DNA from: Chiloscyllium plagiosum
Lineage: Eukaryota
Direction: 5' to 3'
NCBI RefSeq assembly: GCF_004010195.1
Contig: NC_057757.1
Span: 7,276,610 to 7,340,609, forward strand
Length of the DNA: 64,000 nucleotides
Part shown: piece after piece, positions 1 through 13,339 of the stretch
Position numbering within the stretch: position 1 is the first letter of the stretch
Layout of the letters: the number at the start of each line of letters is the position of its first letter
Notes under the pieces: model-generated
Seen by the model: the letters and a program-made list of their open reading frames with translations, nothing else
What the model was told of the DNA's origin: nothing
The model's database searches: none
Position numbers and translations under genes: made by a program

Positions 1-240
1 GAGAGGGAGGTAGAGAGAGAAGGAGGGTGTACAAGAGAGTGAAAGGGATGGATGGGTAGAGAGAGGTGGAGAGAGATGGGAGGAAGAGAAGTGGTGAGGG
101 AAAAGGAAGGGGGAGAGGGAAGGGTGAGATAGCAGGCTGGATTAGGGAGGTAGAGGGAAGGAGGGAGGAGATGATGGAAGGGCAGTAGGATGGAGTATCA
201 GGTGATGGGGGAATGGATTTGGTGGTTGTCGTCCCCTCTC
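1..240. repeat. Purine-rich (GA/GGA) low-complexity tract
   Basis: Almost entirely G/A on the plus strand. Confidence 0.8.
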
Positions 241-262
241 CTGGCTTGGGTGAGTGGGGTGT

Positions 263-1178
263 GTGAGATTCATTGTGAACCCTGTAACGTGTCTTATGTA
301 TCCTTTAATATCATTTATTTTTCATTTTGGATGTTTGAATTCTGAACTAGTTTGTTCTGTGGGTCTGAAGCCATTTAATGGCTAACTGTGAAGATTTCAG
401 TAGTCATAGTAATTTCTTTGACAGCAATTTAACGGGCAGCTAATTTTCAGAACTGATGGGTTGCTGTGTATGTTAGGAGAGTCTGTAATCGAGCAATGTA
501 GTCAATTTTTCATCAGGGTGTCTGAGAAATGTCTTGTTTTTTTTATCTTTAAGCTCAACCGAAACACCGTATCGAAGGAAGGATATACTGGTGTCAGAGG
601 GGGTCCAGAGGAGGCTTACAAGAATAATTGGGCCTCCTGTCAACTGAAGAGACAAGAAATCTCCATGCTGTGAGAAAAAAAAATTGCCATCTATTCATAA
701 AGGTACATGGCATATGTAAATATTCTTGACACCAGATAATGATAAAGAACGGTGTTCAGAACAGAAGAATTACAGAGAAAACATCCCCGACAGCAGAATG
801 AGCGGACAGGACTAGGAGCATTCCAGATGACCCATTCTGGGTGAACTTTGAGAGACTAAGTTTTAATTTATTGCTTTCTTATTACTTGGTTTTATATAAT
901 TGGGATCTGCGTTATTGAAACAGCATACCATTAGAATTTAGTTCATTTCAGGAATAGGTAGTAGTTAGGGAATAATTGTTCAGTTTGTTAGGAATTCTGT
1001 TAATTTGTTAGATAAATAAATTGTTACTTGTTAATTGCTGAGTGAGTGAAAGGATTTCATTTAACCACTCCTTTATAACAGATCGGGGGCTTACAGCCCT
1101 TGTCACACATTTTTATCAGACTAGAGGTGAGATGCTCCTTTCTGGGTGTTTCGGTTTTAATTATCAGAGGGCTGTGAC
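263..1178 (+). mobile_element. Possible solo LTR-like element
   Basis: Starts with TG and ends with ..GTGACA, has AATAAA near 1015, and is non-coding. No TSD or second copy found. Confidence 0.25.
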
Positions 1179-1666
1179 ACATAGGAACTCCCAATCCTAA
1201 TGCTTCCCACCCCCTCCCTTTTCCACAGCATCCATTCCGCAACTTCTTTCCTCCCATAGTTCTCATGAAAGTTCACAATAATATCCCCAGACTTGATATG
1301 GGATCACGGTAGCTATAAGTTTGGGAAGAACTCTTCAGTTGACAGTTGGCTGTACAATCTCTGTCCGATTGCCACTTTGTTATATACCCCTATGACGCGT
1401 CACATTCTTATTAGTTTCAGGCTGTCAACATCATCAGATTTAAATTTGATTGGTCCTTAGTTTCCAAGTGCCATTTTAAATTAATTGGCATGGCACTCTG
1501 CAATGCATTCAACTGAAGTTCACTCTGGACGCTAACTAAAGATCGTACTGGGAAGGACATCAGAAGATGAGCTGTTAGGTAACAGTGCATTATCAGAAGG
1601 TCAGGACAGAGGTAGCATCGCACTGTTTGTTGTTCTGTACTGAAAGAATGCTGCAATGTAACAGAG

Positions 1667-2177
1667 TCAGTTGTGATGTAAGATGTGAATAGGCTGGGGC
1701 TTTTTTCCCTGGAGCGTCAAAGTTTGAGGGGTGACCTGAAAGAGGTTTATAAAATCATGAGGGGGCATGGATGGGATGAATAGATAAGGTCTTTTTCTTA
1801 GGGTGGACGAGTCCAAAACTAGAGAGCATAATCTAAGTTGAGAGGGGAAAGAGGGGATCTGAGGGGTAACGTTTTCACAGAGGGTGGTGTGTGTATGGAA
1901 TGAGCTGCCAGAGGAAGTGGTAGAAACAGGTACGATTATAACATTTACAAAGCACCTGGATGGATATAGAAATATGAAGGGTTTAGAAGGATATGGGCCA
2001 AATGCTGGCAAATGGGACTAGGTCAGATTGAGGAAGGGTCACCTGACCCGAAATTTTAACTTTGATTTCTCTTCGCAGATCTGTTGAGCTTTTTCAGCAA
2101 CATCTGTTTTTGTTTCATATGTGATCGGCATGGATGAGTTGGACCGAAGGATCTGTTTCTGTGATGTATGACTCTAT
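1667..2177 (+). mobile_element. CR1 LINE 3' end with a short Penelope-like terminal repeat inserted at about 2028-2115
   Basis: Degenerate LNRLGLFSLE..RLRGDL..VYKIM and FFTQRVVxxWNELPEEVV coding remnants, and the CR1 3' tail (..tgtatgactctatg) shared with 9268-10340. Confidence 0.85.
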
Positions 2178-2197
2178 GTGGAATTTATATCTGCCAT

Positions 2198-2956
2198 GAT
2201 TTGGAGATGCTGGTGTTGAACTGGGGTGTACAAAGTTAAAAATCACACAACACCAGGTTATAGTCCAACAGGTTTAATTGGAAGCACACCAGCTTTCAGA
2301 GTGCCACTCCTTCATCAGGTGGTTGTGGAAGACACAATTGTAAGGCACAGAATTTATAGCAAAAATTTACAGCGTGATGTAACTGAAATTATACATTGAA
2401 AAATACCTTGATTGTCTGTTGAGTCTTTCATCTGTTTGAATACCATAATAGTTTCACTTCTTACATGTGTAAATCACAAAACCTTTTTTAAAAAGTTGCA
2501 TTCTCAGGTTAACTGTAACAATTGGTGTTAGCTAGACAATATGTTGAAGGTGATAGCCCCCTGTGTTCTGTTATCTCACTTTTTAGATTAAAATCAATCT
2601 AAACATTATGGCATAGACAGAGAACACAAGGCGTTAACACCTTCAACATATTGTCTAGCTAACACCAATTGTTACAGTTAACCTGAGAATGCAACGTTTT
2701 CAAAAAAGTTTTGTGATTTACACATGTAAGAATTGAAACTATTATGGTATTCGAACAGATGACAGACTCAACAGACAATCAAGGTATTTCTCAATGTATA
2801 ATTTCAGTTACATCACGCTGTAAACTTTTTGCTATAAATTCTGTGCCTTACAATTGTGTCCCCCACAACCACCTGATGAAGGAGCGGCACTCTGGAAGCT
2901 GGTGTGCTTCCAATTCAACCTGTTGGACTATAACCTGGTGTTGTGTGATTTTTAAC
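2198..2956. mobile_element. Penelope-like-derived palindromic element with about 340-bp inverted arms
   Basis: 2232-2571 is the reverse complement of 2617-2959. Each arm carries a degenerate CTGATGA..GAAAGCT hammerhead motif. Flanked by the direct repeat tttatatct(g/a)ccat at 2184-2197 and 2957-2970. Confidence 0.75.
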
Positions 2957-3758
2957 TTTATATCTACCATTTGTGTAATTATAGTATTTAGAGCTCATAA
3001 TTTGAACTAGCAGCATGTGGAGTTTGTGGTATGGGGCAGTTTAATAATTAACTTGTCAGTTTTCTTGGTGCGATGTTTTTAAACCAGAAGTGTGAGAGTG
3101 TTCCAGTGTAATGATGAGAATTTGTTTGCATTCTGTAACTGTTATGATTGAAAATAAACTTTGAAAGGCATTAGCTTGCAAGAATTAAGAATTTCTTTTT
3201 GCGTAGGGGAACACGCCCATAGATTGGAAAGCTTCTGGTTTCAGTTTGCAGAAGATATAGTTGAGGTTAGATGCAAGAACAGTCTCACATGGAGGAAGGA
3301 CTTATTTCAGAACAGTAAGGAAAAGGTTACCTCAGTACGATGGTTTTAGCTTGAAAAGTCCAGACCAGAAGTGTTTGGTTTGAACTCTGAAGTGCTTATT
3401 TGAAGTGACAAAAGTTTAAGCTCAGTTGTGTGATTAACCAAGTAAAACAATATCAGATTGGGAATTCAAAGGAACTGAGAAGTTAAACCTACAGATATAA
3501 TGGAGAAGGGAACTCTCGTTGTTATTTGAGTACGATAAAGTGATGGTGTTTGAAATCAATGGGATCTTATTTTACTGTGTGTTTTGAAATCTTTCGAATC
3601 ATGTTACATGTCAACAGCTGGGTTTGTTCCATTTTAATCTCCATTTCTTTTGTGTGACAAACTTCTGTTTCATTGCTGAAACCATATCTTCCAAGCTGTC
3701 GTTGGATTAGTATTGACAATATTGTTTATCAAATTGTACATTATGACTAACTGCTAAA

Positions 3759-4094
3759 TCATAGAATCCCTACAGTGTGGAAGCAGGCCATTCGGCCCAT
3801 CGAGTCCACACTGACTCTCTGAGCACCATCCCGACCAGACCTACCCTCTTACCCTATCCCTGTAATCCTGCATTTCCCTTGGCTAATCCATCTGGCCTGC
3901 ACATCCCTGGGCAATTTAACATGGTCCATCCCCCTTAACCTGCACATCTTTGGATTGTGAGAGGAAACTGGAGCACCCGGAGAAAACCCCATGTAGACAA
4001 GGGGAGGATGTGCAAACTCCACATGCAGTCGCCCGAGGCTGGAATCGAACCCGGGTCCTTAGTGCTGTGGGGCAGCAGTGCTAACCACTGAGCT
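3759..4094 (-). mobile_element. tRNA-derived V-domain SINE (HE1-like)
   Basis: A/B-box head (tcagtggttagcactgctg..gggttcgattcc) and central gagtttgcac..ggtgctccagtttcctc domain on the minus strand; same family as 6551-6874. Confidence 0.85.
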
Positions 4095-4633
4095 GAGATT
4101 GATTCAAAATAGATTGAACAAACTGGGCACCCAGATAGTTTCTGGGAGAACTATAGTAGCAGTAATATATTCAGCCACAGTCTGTAAGCTTATAACCTGT
4201 GTTAAATATAAAGTGTTTAATGCCTGACGTGTAAACTGACCAAATTCACTGAATGAACCACGCCCCCCCCCCCAACCCTAATGAAGAAGCTACCAACGAG
4301 GTTTCCTTTATTTTTGCTTTTTAATTCGGCACAGTTTGGAATTGGCGTAAATGTGGATTAACAAACAAATCACAGTCAGTAAGATCTATAAATTACATGT
4401 AGTATATAGCAAACATGATAATGACAAGCATACAAACAAATAGTCACCCAGCTCCTCATGTCTTCTCCGTTTTTCAATAAGGCCAGGGCTGCTCTGATTA
4501 GAACAACAAATTCACATTCCCGCCCACCCTGATAACATGCCCTACCCCTTGCTTCACAAGAACCCTTTGCTTGTTAATGTTCAGTTGGCCACATGGGTCT
4601 TTTCTTGTGGCGAAAGGAAAATCTCTCAACAGT

Positions 4634-4884
4634 GTGTGATGATGCTGCTCCTTCAACAAGGTTATTCTGTCCTTGGTTTTTTTTTTCAGAGGGGTTGTAA
4701 AGGCAGAGGTTCTGATATGTCTGGAAATATCTACTTGAAAAGGCTTTTTTTATATATAAGACTTGTACAATGAAAAGGGAGTGACCAGTTCTCCCAGGTC
4801 AAGGTTTTTTTTAGTTTTGGGTTAGTTTAACTGGTGGATCCAAAGAAAGAGCTCCATGGTGAGTCACTGTCTGTCTGTCTGTCT

Positions 4885-4937
<53 letters not shown>

Positions 4938-5245
4938 ATCGAGGAAGAACCTGTGTTTGCATTTATCCTTTTGCTAAGGGCGGTGTTATGGGATGTTGCA
5001 CGAATCAGAACAGTTGATTGTTAAGTTACATTTTCATGTCGGTTGGGTTTTCAATTGTTATTCTAAATTTGGTTTTCTTTTGTTCATGTATAAATAAATT
5101 CTGTTTTGCTTAAAACAGTGAGTGGTTTGACCTGTTGTATCGGCCCTGAAATATCCATCTGACATCTGCTTAAAACAGCTAGAAAAGTTAAGTTCTGGCC
5201 TACCTTCTTAAAATGTTTTGAGGGGGGCTGGCCTGGTCCATTACA
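4634..5245 (+). mobile_element. Probable solo LTR-like element containing a (CT)n microsatellite at about 4867-4934
   Basis: AATAAA near 5093, 3' end ..ggcctggtccattaca, non-coding. The 5' boundary is uncertain. Confidence 0.35.
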
Positions 5246-6179
5246 GGTGTCTTTATCTTTCTGTCTTACTGTAGAATAAGCTACAATAAATGATTGCAAT
5301 TTATATACAATAAATGGGTGTTTTCCTGGTGGTGGAAGGAAAAAAGGAGGAATAAAAGTAATGGTATCTAATTTATCTTTCTGACTCACTGTATACATAT
5401 GCACCAGCACGAGTGATTGAGGGGGAAATTGAAACAAAATACACATTACTGCTGGGCCCTCTTGTAGCGCAGTGGAAAAAAAATACGGCAGAGTAGTAGT
5501 GTCCCTGCCCCTGAACCGAGGGGCCCGGGTTCAAGACCTACCTGTTCCAGAGGAGTGTAACAACATTTCTGAACTGGTTGATTAGAAAAATAAGCTTTAA
5601 AAAAAAACGAATCTGCCTTAAAAAATATTCGTAGACTCTTTTCAAGGACTCTCTTCCCCACCTCTCAGGGAGAGATTTCCATAGACTCAAGATCCTTTGT
5701 TGAGGGAAAAGGAAGTCTCCGTTTTGTATAAGCAAGCCCTTCTTTTTAAATAATGGCCAAAGTTCTGGATTCTCACCTAGCTGGAAACATCCTCTCGAGA
5801 CCCCTCAGAATCGTTTATGTTTTGTTCGAGTCACCTCTTCTAAACTCCCATGGATGTCAACCTGGCCTTGTCCAACCTTTTGTCTTTAGGCACCCACCCA
5901 TTTCAGCGACTAACCCCAAGGATAGGGGAACCCCAGCAAACAGAAATGGGTTTGAATTATTGTGCTGAGTGGATGATCCATCTCGGCCCGATCCCCACCA
6001 TCACAGATGCCAGTCTTCAGCCAATTCAATTCACTTCATGTCGCAACAAGAAATGACTGGAGGTACTGGCTGGATGTAATGGGTCCTGGTCAAAAATTGG
6101 TGCTGAAGATGTTTGCTCAAGAATTGGTTACAACTCTCACCCCCCCAAACATTAGTTGTTAAGGAACAGTTACAACGCT

Positions 6180-6990
6180 GCCTTCAAGTTGACCGACCAA
6201 AAAATTGTCCAATTTGGTCCTCTTCATAAAAAAGCTTGGACAAATACAATCTGGCCAATTTCTGACTAGTCAGTCTGCACTCAATAAAACTCTAAATGGG
6301 AATCACTGGGGGAAACTCTCAACTGGTTGGAATCAGACATGCCACAAAGGGAAGATGGTCATCGTTGTTGGAGGTCAATCTGCGAGAGTTCATCGGAGTT
6401 GTGCCCAAAAAACCAATCCTCTTCAATTGCTTCATTAATGATCTTACCTCTATCATAAGGTCAGGAGTGGAGATGTTTGCTGATGATTGCACAATATTCA
6501 GCACCATTCACACCTCCTGCGATACTGAAACAGTCCATGTTCATGTTAGTGGGCGGCACGGTGGTTAGCACTGCTCCCTCACAGCGCCAGAGACCTGGGT
6601 TCAATTCCTGCCTCAGGCGACTCTCTGTGTGGAGTTTGCACATTCTCCCCGTGTCTGTGTGGGGTTTCCTCCGGGTGCTCCGGTTTCCTCCCACAATTCA
6701 AAAATGTGCAGGTTGGGTGAATTGGCCATGCTACATTGACCGTAGTGTTAGGTGAAGGGGTAAGTATAGGGGAATGGGTCTGGATGGGTTGCGCTTCGGC
6801 GGGTCTGTGTGGACTTGTTGGGCCGAAGAGCCTGTTTCCACACTGTTGGTAATCTAATCTCATCTAATCTAATCAAATGTGGCGAGACTTGGACAATATC
6901 CAGGCTTGGGCTGATAAGTGGTAATTAACATTTGTGTCATGCAAGTGCCAGGCAATGACCAGCTTAAACAAGACAGAATCATTGTCCATT
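6180..6990 (+). mobile_element. CR1/L2-clade LINE reverse transcriptase fragment interrupted by a SINE
   Basis: FINDLTSIIRSGVEMFADDCTIF before the SINE and DLDNIQAWADKW after it. Confidence 0.75.
6551..6874 (+). mobile_element. tRNA-derived V-domain SINE (HE1-like) with (AATCT)n tail
   Basis: gggcggcacggtggttagcactgct head, gggttcaattcc B-box, V domain, and aatctaatct tail. Confidence 0.9.
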
Positions 6991-7659
6991 GATAATAATG
7001 GCCTGATGGGCCAAATAGCCTCCTCCTTCTCTGTAACAGTTTTTTGAATCTGCTACATCATTGTGCAAAGATAAGTGTTAGGTCAAATGATTGATAAGAA
7101 GGTAAAGAACTGCAGAGAGTGGCTAAAAGGTTCATCGGGGGCAGAAGTTGGGAGAAAGCAAGAGTTTACAGGTATTTAAAAAATGAATAAAAAGCATAAC
7201 GTGAACGTTGGCCTTTCATTGTCTTTCGGGTAACCATGTATCTGGATAGAAGTGAGAAAAATGTTCTAAACATCACCCTTCTCATGGCCATTTCCATGTG
7301 CAACTGCATCAATCTGTACATGGACCCTCACCAAGTGCTCTCTGCCATCATCCCAGAGGGGCTGCTGTCTCACTGGAGAGAGAGGTGACTGGTGATGCTT
7401 TAACCTGAGCATCAGCACACTTTAGGTGAGGGGAGAGCTTGTGAAGGAGAGTCACAGAATTCTTAACCTGCAGAGATACCATTCAGCCCATCAAGTCTGC
7501 ACCAACCCTCTGAAGAGCATCCCACCACATCTCCGTAACCTCACATTTACCATGGCTAATCTATTCAGCCTGAACTCTATGGGCAATTTAGCATAACCAA
7601 TTCACTTAACCGGCACATCTTTGGACTGTGGAGAAAACCGGAGCAGACTGACAAAGTGA

Positions 7660-8690
7660 TCGAGAGAACGCCTGTGTGTTAATCCTTCCAACAATCACCA
7701 AGACCTAGCCAAGATGGTTCACGCGTGCCCAGCATTTCCAAGTAGTTGGATTGTGCTCAATCACCTGAACATTTTTGAGAGGTTTGTGTCAGAAAACACG
7801 TCGGACTACAGAAGCATCAGGAATCACGGAATGTCCTTGAGACCCCCTGGGGAATGCAGTCAGCCAATTGGTCAGATACTTCTCTGAGCGGAATCATCGA
7901 GAGAATGCCTCTGTGGATATCCTTCCAACAAGCACCAAGATGTAGCTAAAAAGGGCAGCATGGTGGCTCAGTGGTTAGCAGCGCTGCCTCACAGTGCCAC
8001 GGAGCTGGGTTTGATTCCAGCCTCGGGCGACTGTGTTGAGTTTGCACGTCCTCCCCTGTGTCTACGTGGGTTTCCTCTGGGTGCTCCGGTTTCCTCCCAC
8101 ACTCCAAAGATGTGCAGGTTAGGGTGGATTGGCTGTGCTAAAATTGCCAAGAGTGTTCGTGGGTGTGTAAGCTGGGTGCATTAGTCAGGGGTACATATGG
8201 GATAATAGGGTTGGGGAACGGGTCTGGGTGGGTTAATCTTCAGAAGGTCGGTGTGGACTTGTTAGGCCGAAGGGACTGTTTCCACACTGTAGGGATTCTA
8301 TTAAAAGGATTGTTTGTGCACATTGAGACACACGCTGCCCTTGAGACAGCAGTGGTGCTGAGAGGACCTTTGGAGCGTGCCTTTGCAAAGAAGGTCTGGA
8401 AAGAGATACGATGGTGTGTTTTGGGTGAGGTTAGTCCCAATCAGATCCTGACCTGGTGCACGTGAGCCACAAACCTCAGCAAACATCCTCTGCATCTGGA
8501 AAGCAATCAGCTTGGCGAAAGACACACTTTCTCCTTCCTGAATATTGCTGGTCTTCCAGTGCTTGGAGTTTTCCTTGACTGAGTGTTGCAGACTGGCACA
8601 TTCCAAGGCTGTGTGCTGAGGGAGGCGCTTGTGCTTAGGGCTGCTGCTGCTAAGTGGGGAAAGGACTTTGTCTAAGACCAGTCATTTATA
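7660..8690 (+). mobile_element. Tx1-like LINE ORF2 C-terminal remnant, split by a SINE
   Basis: Degenerate (L)SNKHQDVA near 7920-7947, and after the SINE LERAFAKKVWKE..LLVFQCLEFSLTECCRLAHSK..LGAAAAK, typical of Tx1 ORF2 ends. Confidence 0.6.
7953..8300 (+). mobile_element. tRNA-derived V-domain SINE (HE1-like)
   Basis: gggcagcatggtggctcagtggttagca head, V domain, and ..tccacactgtagggattcta end. Confidence 0.9.
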
Positions 8691-8698
8691 GTGTGCCA

Positions 8699-9155
8699 GG
8701 TAAAAACAAGGATTGCAGATGCTGGAAACCAGAGTCTAGATTAGAGTGGTGCTGGAAAAGCACAGCAGGTCAGGCAGCATCTGAGGAGCAGGAAAATCGA
8801 CGTTTCGGGCAAAAGCCCTTCATCAGGAATAGAGGCAGGGTGCCTGCAGGGTGGAGAGGTAAATGAGAAGGGGGGGTGGGGGTGGGGAGAAAGTAGCATT
8901 GAGTACAACAGGTGAATGGGTGTGGGGATGGAGATGATAGGTCAGAGAGGAGGGTGGAGTGGATAGGTGGAAAGGAAGGTAGGCAGATAGGACAGGTCCT
9001 GGGGACGGTGCTGAGCTGGAAGGTTGGAACTGGGGTGAGGTGAGGGAAGGGGAAATGAGGAAAATGGTGAAGTCCACATTGGTGCCCTGGGATTGAAGTG
9101 TTCCGAGGCGGAAGATGAGGAGTTCTTCCTCCAGGCTTCGGGTGGTGAGGGTACT
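8699..9155 (-). mobile_element. Penelope-like element 3' end with terminal repeat and hammerhead motif
   Basis: Minus strand encodes LEEELLIFRLGTLQSQGTNVDF (end of the GIY-YIG endonuclease region), then a pyrimidine tract and cctgatgaagggcttttgcccgaaacgtcg. Confidence 0.8.
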
Positions 9156-9267
9156 GGTGACTTGTAGGACCTCCTGGCCTGAGGGAAGTAGGCATTACTG
9201 AATATGTATAGCTAACGGCACATTTTGCAACTGGACTAAATCTTTTCCATGTAGAACTAGATCAAGT

Positions 9268-10340
9268 TTAAGAAATGGAAGACAGAGGGTGGTGATGGAG
9301 GGTTGATTTTCAGACTGGAGGCCTGTGACCAGTGGAGTGCCACAAGGATCAGTGCTGGGACCTCTACTTTTTGTCATTTACATAAATGATTTGGATGCGA
9401 GCATAAGAGGTACAGTTAGTAAGTTTGCAGATGACACCAAAATTGTAGGTGTGGTGGACAGCGAAGAGGGTTACCTCAGATTACAACAGGATCTGGACCA
9501 GATGGGCCAATGGGCTGAGAAGTGGCAGATGGAGTTTAATTCAGTTAAATGCGAGGTGTTGCATTTTGGGAAAGCAAATCTTAACAAGACTTATACTTTT
9601 AATGGTAAGGTCCTAGGGAGTGTTGCTGAACAAAGAGACTTTGGAGTGCAGGTTCATAGCTCCTTGAAAGTGGAGTCGCAGGTAGATAGGATAGTGAAGA
9701 AGGCGTTTGGTATGCTTTCCTTAATCGGTCAGAGTATTGAGTACAGGAGTTGGGAGGTCATGTTGCAGCTATACAGGACATTGGTTAGGCCACTGTTGGA
9801 ATATTGTGTGCAATTCTGGTCTCCTTCCTATCAGAAAGATGTTGTGAGACATGAAAGGGTTCAGAAAAGATTTACAAGGATGTTGCCAAGCTTGGAGGAT
9901 TTGAGCTATAAGGAGAGGCTGAACAGGCTGGGGCTGTTTTCCCTGGAGCGTTGGAGGCTGAGGGGTGACCTTTACAAAATTATGAGGGGCATGGATAGGA
10001 TAAATAGACAAAGTCTTTTCCCTGGGGTCGGGGAGTCCAGAACTAGAGGGCATAGGTTTAGGGTGAGAGGGGAAAGATATAAAAGAGACCTAAGGGCAAC
10101 TTTTTCATGCAGAGGGTGGTATGTGTATGGAATGAGCTGCCAGAGGATGTGGTGGAGGCTGGTACAATTGCAACATTTAAGAGGCATTTGGATGGGTATA
10201 TGACTAGGAAGGGTTTGGGGGGATATGGGCCGGGTGCTGGCAGGTGGGACTAGATTGGGTTGGGGTATCTGGTCGGCATGGACAGGTTGGACTGAAGAGT
10301 CTGTTTCCACGCTGTACATCTATATTACTCTATGACTCTA
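9268..10340 (+). mobile_element. 5'-truncated CR1 LINE (RT C-terminal half and 3' UTR)
   Basis: ORF 9325-10203 reads [42 protein letters not shown]; tail actctatgactcta. Confidence 0.95.
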
Positions 10341-12147
10341 AATTGATTGTACTTCCCAATTTGAAGTGTGACACACTTTTTGACATTTAAGTGGAAGCAT
10401 ATGTTTGAATAAAAATGGAAAGAGTAAGCAAAGTGAATCTTTGTCCTTTAGAGAGTGAGAATGGGTGATAGTGATAGGTAATAAGAAAATGGCGGATCAA
10501 ATGAACAATTATTTGTTTCTGTCTTCATTAAAGGTAAAATTGCCATCATCTCAGAGGGGTTGCTGACTCGCTGGAGAGAGAGGTGACTGGTGATGCTTTA
10601 ACCTGAGGGTCAGCACAGGTTAGCTGAGGGGAGACCTTGAGAAGGAGAATTCTTAACCTGCAGAATGAGGCCATTCAGCCCATCAAGTCTGCACCAACCC
10701 TCAGGAGAGCATCCCACCCTATCCCCTGAATCCCACATTTACCATGGTTAACCTAACCAGCTTGCACACTATGGGACAATTTAGCATGGCCAATCCTGCA
10801 CATCTTTGGACTGTGGGAGGAAACTGGAGCAGACTGACAAAGTGATTGAGAGAATGCCTCTGCGTTAATCCCTTCCAACAATCACCAAGACCGAGCCAAG
10901 GTGGTTCACGCACACCCAGAAACTCACCGCTTGCTGACCTCGAGATAGCTGTGGTGATGAGAAGAGCCATGCAGACACTGGGGGAGAATGTGCAACTCAA
11001 GATGGACAGTTGCCCAAGGCTGGAATTGAGCCTGGCTCCCTGGCGCTGTGAGCTGGCAGTGCTCACCACCGTGCCACCCACAGTCCTTTGTAGTAGCCTT
11101 AGCCGGTGCCGGAATTGGCAGTACTCTGCATTGCAAACCAACCAACTGAGCTAACCAGAAGCATTGGAGGTGATTCAAATCAAGTTTGCTAGATTGGTAC
11201 CTGAAATGAGTGGGTTGTCTTATGGGTCATGGCACAAACTTGCTACAAAGCAGAAAGGTCCCATCTCAAGTCTGTGAACATTCATTCTGCATGAGAGATT
11301 GTCCGAGGCATAGAAACCAGGAGTAGGCCATTTAGCCCTTTTAGTCTGCTCTGTCATTCAACAGGATCCTGGCTGATCCCCGATATCAGCACCATATTCC
11401 CGCTTTCTTCCCTCCCCCCTTGATGCCTTCAAAGTCCAAACATTTACCTATTTCTGTCTTGTACCTCAGGGACCTGGCCTCTGCTAATATTCACTACCCT
11501 TTGAATGAATATTTCCTCATCTCAGTCCTAAAATTGGTCGACTCCTTATGTTGTGACTGTGTTCCCTGGTTCTAGATTCCCCAACCAAGTGTAACGTCTG
11601 ATTGGTATTGATAGCCAGGCCAGCAATCATTGTCCGTTCCTAATTGTCCCTTGAACTGAGCAGTGCACTCTGCCTTTTCAGAGACCATTCAGCCACTTCG
11701 GTGTGAGTCTGGAGTCGCATGTAGACCAGGCCAGGTGTGGACGGCAGATTTCCTTCCCTGATGGATGCTAGTGAACTGGGTTGCTTCCTGTATTAATCAC
11801 CATCATTCAAGAGGGGGCATTGGATGGTTATTTGGATAGAAAGGGATGCAGGGAAAAAAGGATTGGAATCAGTGCAGGCTGGGTGGGCCAAATGGCCTCT
11901 GTCTGCACCATAACAATTCTGTGGTTATTACTGAGGCTAACTTTCCGTTATTTCAAACGTTTCAGCTGCTGTGGCAAGATTTGGACCTGTGTGCTCAGTG
12001 CATTTACTTGGTCTGGTATTACTCAAAATTATGGCACCAATTGGTTGAGGAAGGCTGCGTTTTACACTGTACACTGTGCTATTCAATAAGGGAGCAGTGC
12101 ATTTGAGAAATGAGCCAGGTGACCCGTTACCCAAATCCCGTTGGCTT

Positions 12148-13067
12148 TTACAACGTTTGGCTCTTATGCATTTTGGCAATCAATGTCAGTGGGTACGTCA
12201 CTCCATTCCTTAACTCACCTCGGAATTTACTCTGGGTCCCGGCATAAATGAAAGGGTTGAGGCAGGAGCTCAGCAGCTGAAGCATGAAGCCACTCTCCTC
12301 CAGCACAAAGTTGGATTCGCTGTAATTGGAGCCTGAGAAATAACTCACATTCGCAATTCGAACGTAGAGGAAGGTGATAAAAAACAACAGCCATAACAGG
12401 ATCAGGAGGCCCGAGATGCAGAAGAGCAAAACGATGGATTTTCTCCGGCTCTCGGTCTCTGGGTCACTCTGACTCTCAAGGTGGCTCCGGACCTGGAGTC
12501 TCCTGCGAGTCCTTATCGCGGTTAAGATGTATCGGACGGTCAGAGCATTGAAGAATAAAATCAGAATGAATGGGAGACATGGAGTTGAAATGCGGTGAAT
12601 CCAGTCAAAGGTAGCCCATGCAGGTGAGGTGTAAAATATTAACTTGATACTGCAAAACCAGGGTGTATTTCTAATTCTGTATACAGGCTCGTATATGAAA
12701 TACCAGAATGTGTTTTTCACAGAACTCACACCACAAACTGCTCCTATCACCAGTGCTGCCGTTTTCTCTGTGCAGTATTTAGTTTTCAGCTTCTGGCAAC
12801 AAATGGCTACAAACCGGTCAAAGGTGAACACCACAGTTACCCAAACGGAGCAGTCTCTGATCCCGTAGATCAGCACAAAGCTAAAACTACAGACTGGCGT
12901 GATGGAGAGAAAACTGAGCGGGAAATAAATACCAATGATCCGATTTAAGATCACAGCTGTAAAAATGACCAGGAGGTCTGTCACCGCCATGGATACGAGA
13001 TAGTAAGTGATGCATTTAGAGAGTCCACACCTTCCACGATACAGGATGACAATCACTGCCATGTTAG
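12148..13067 (-). CDS. Class A GPCR, GPR139/GPR142-like: exon 2 (end of TM1 through C-terminus)
   Basis: Open frame with hydrophobic TM segments, TM2 AVTDLL, TM3 FTFDRF and TM7 NPFIY. Acceptor ttgcag|CT AAC ATG at 13068/13067 joins in phase 1 to exon 1 (G|CT = Ala), giving 329 aa. Confidence 0.92.
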
Positions 13068-13339
13068 CTGCAATTATGAATGGGAATAAAAAAAGGTTTT
13101 TTGTGCAGGTGAGTGAGAGAGCATAATATTCTTTTTGACAGGAATATGTGTGATATTTACACCTTTATAACCAGCTCCTGAATGAAATATTGATTGTTTA
13201 CATTTAGAAAACTATTAAGATGGTAAATAAATTATAACAGGGCATCAAATTATTAAGTACTATAATGACAACAATCAGAATAAGAAATAATTTTTTAAAA
13301 ATCGAATGTCAGCAAATATAGGTCGAGGATTGAGGGTTT

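Noticed and set aside
6551..6620. tRNA-like A/B boxes (and similar heads elsewhere)
   Set aside because: They are SINE heads fused to V domains and LINE-like tails, with no complete cloverleaf.
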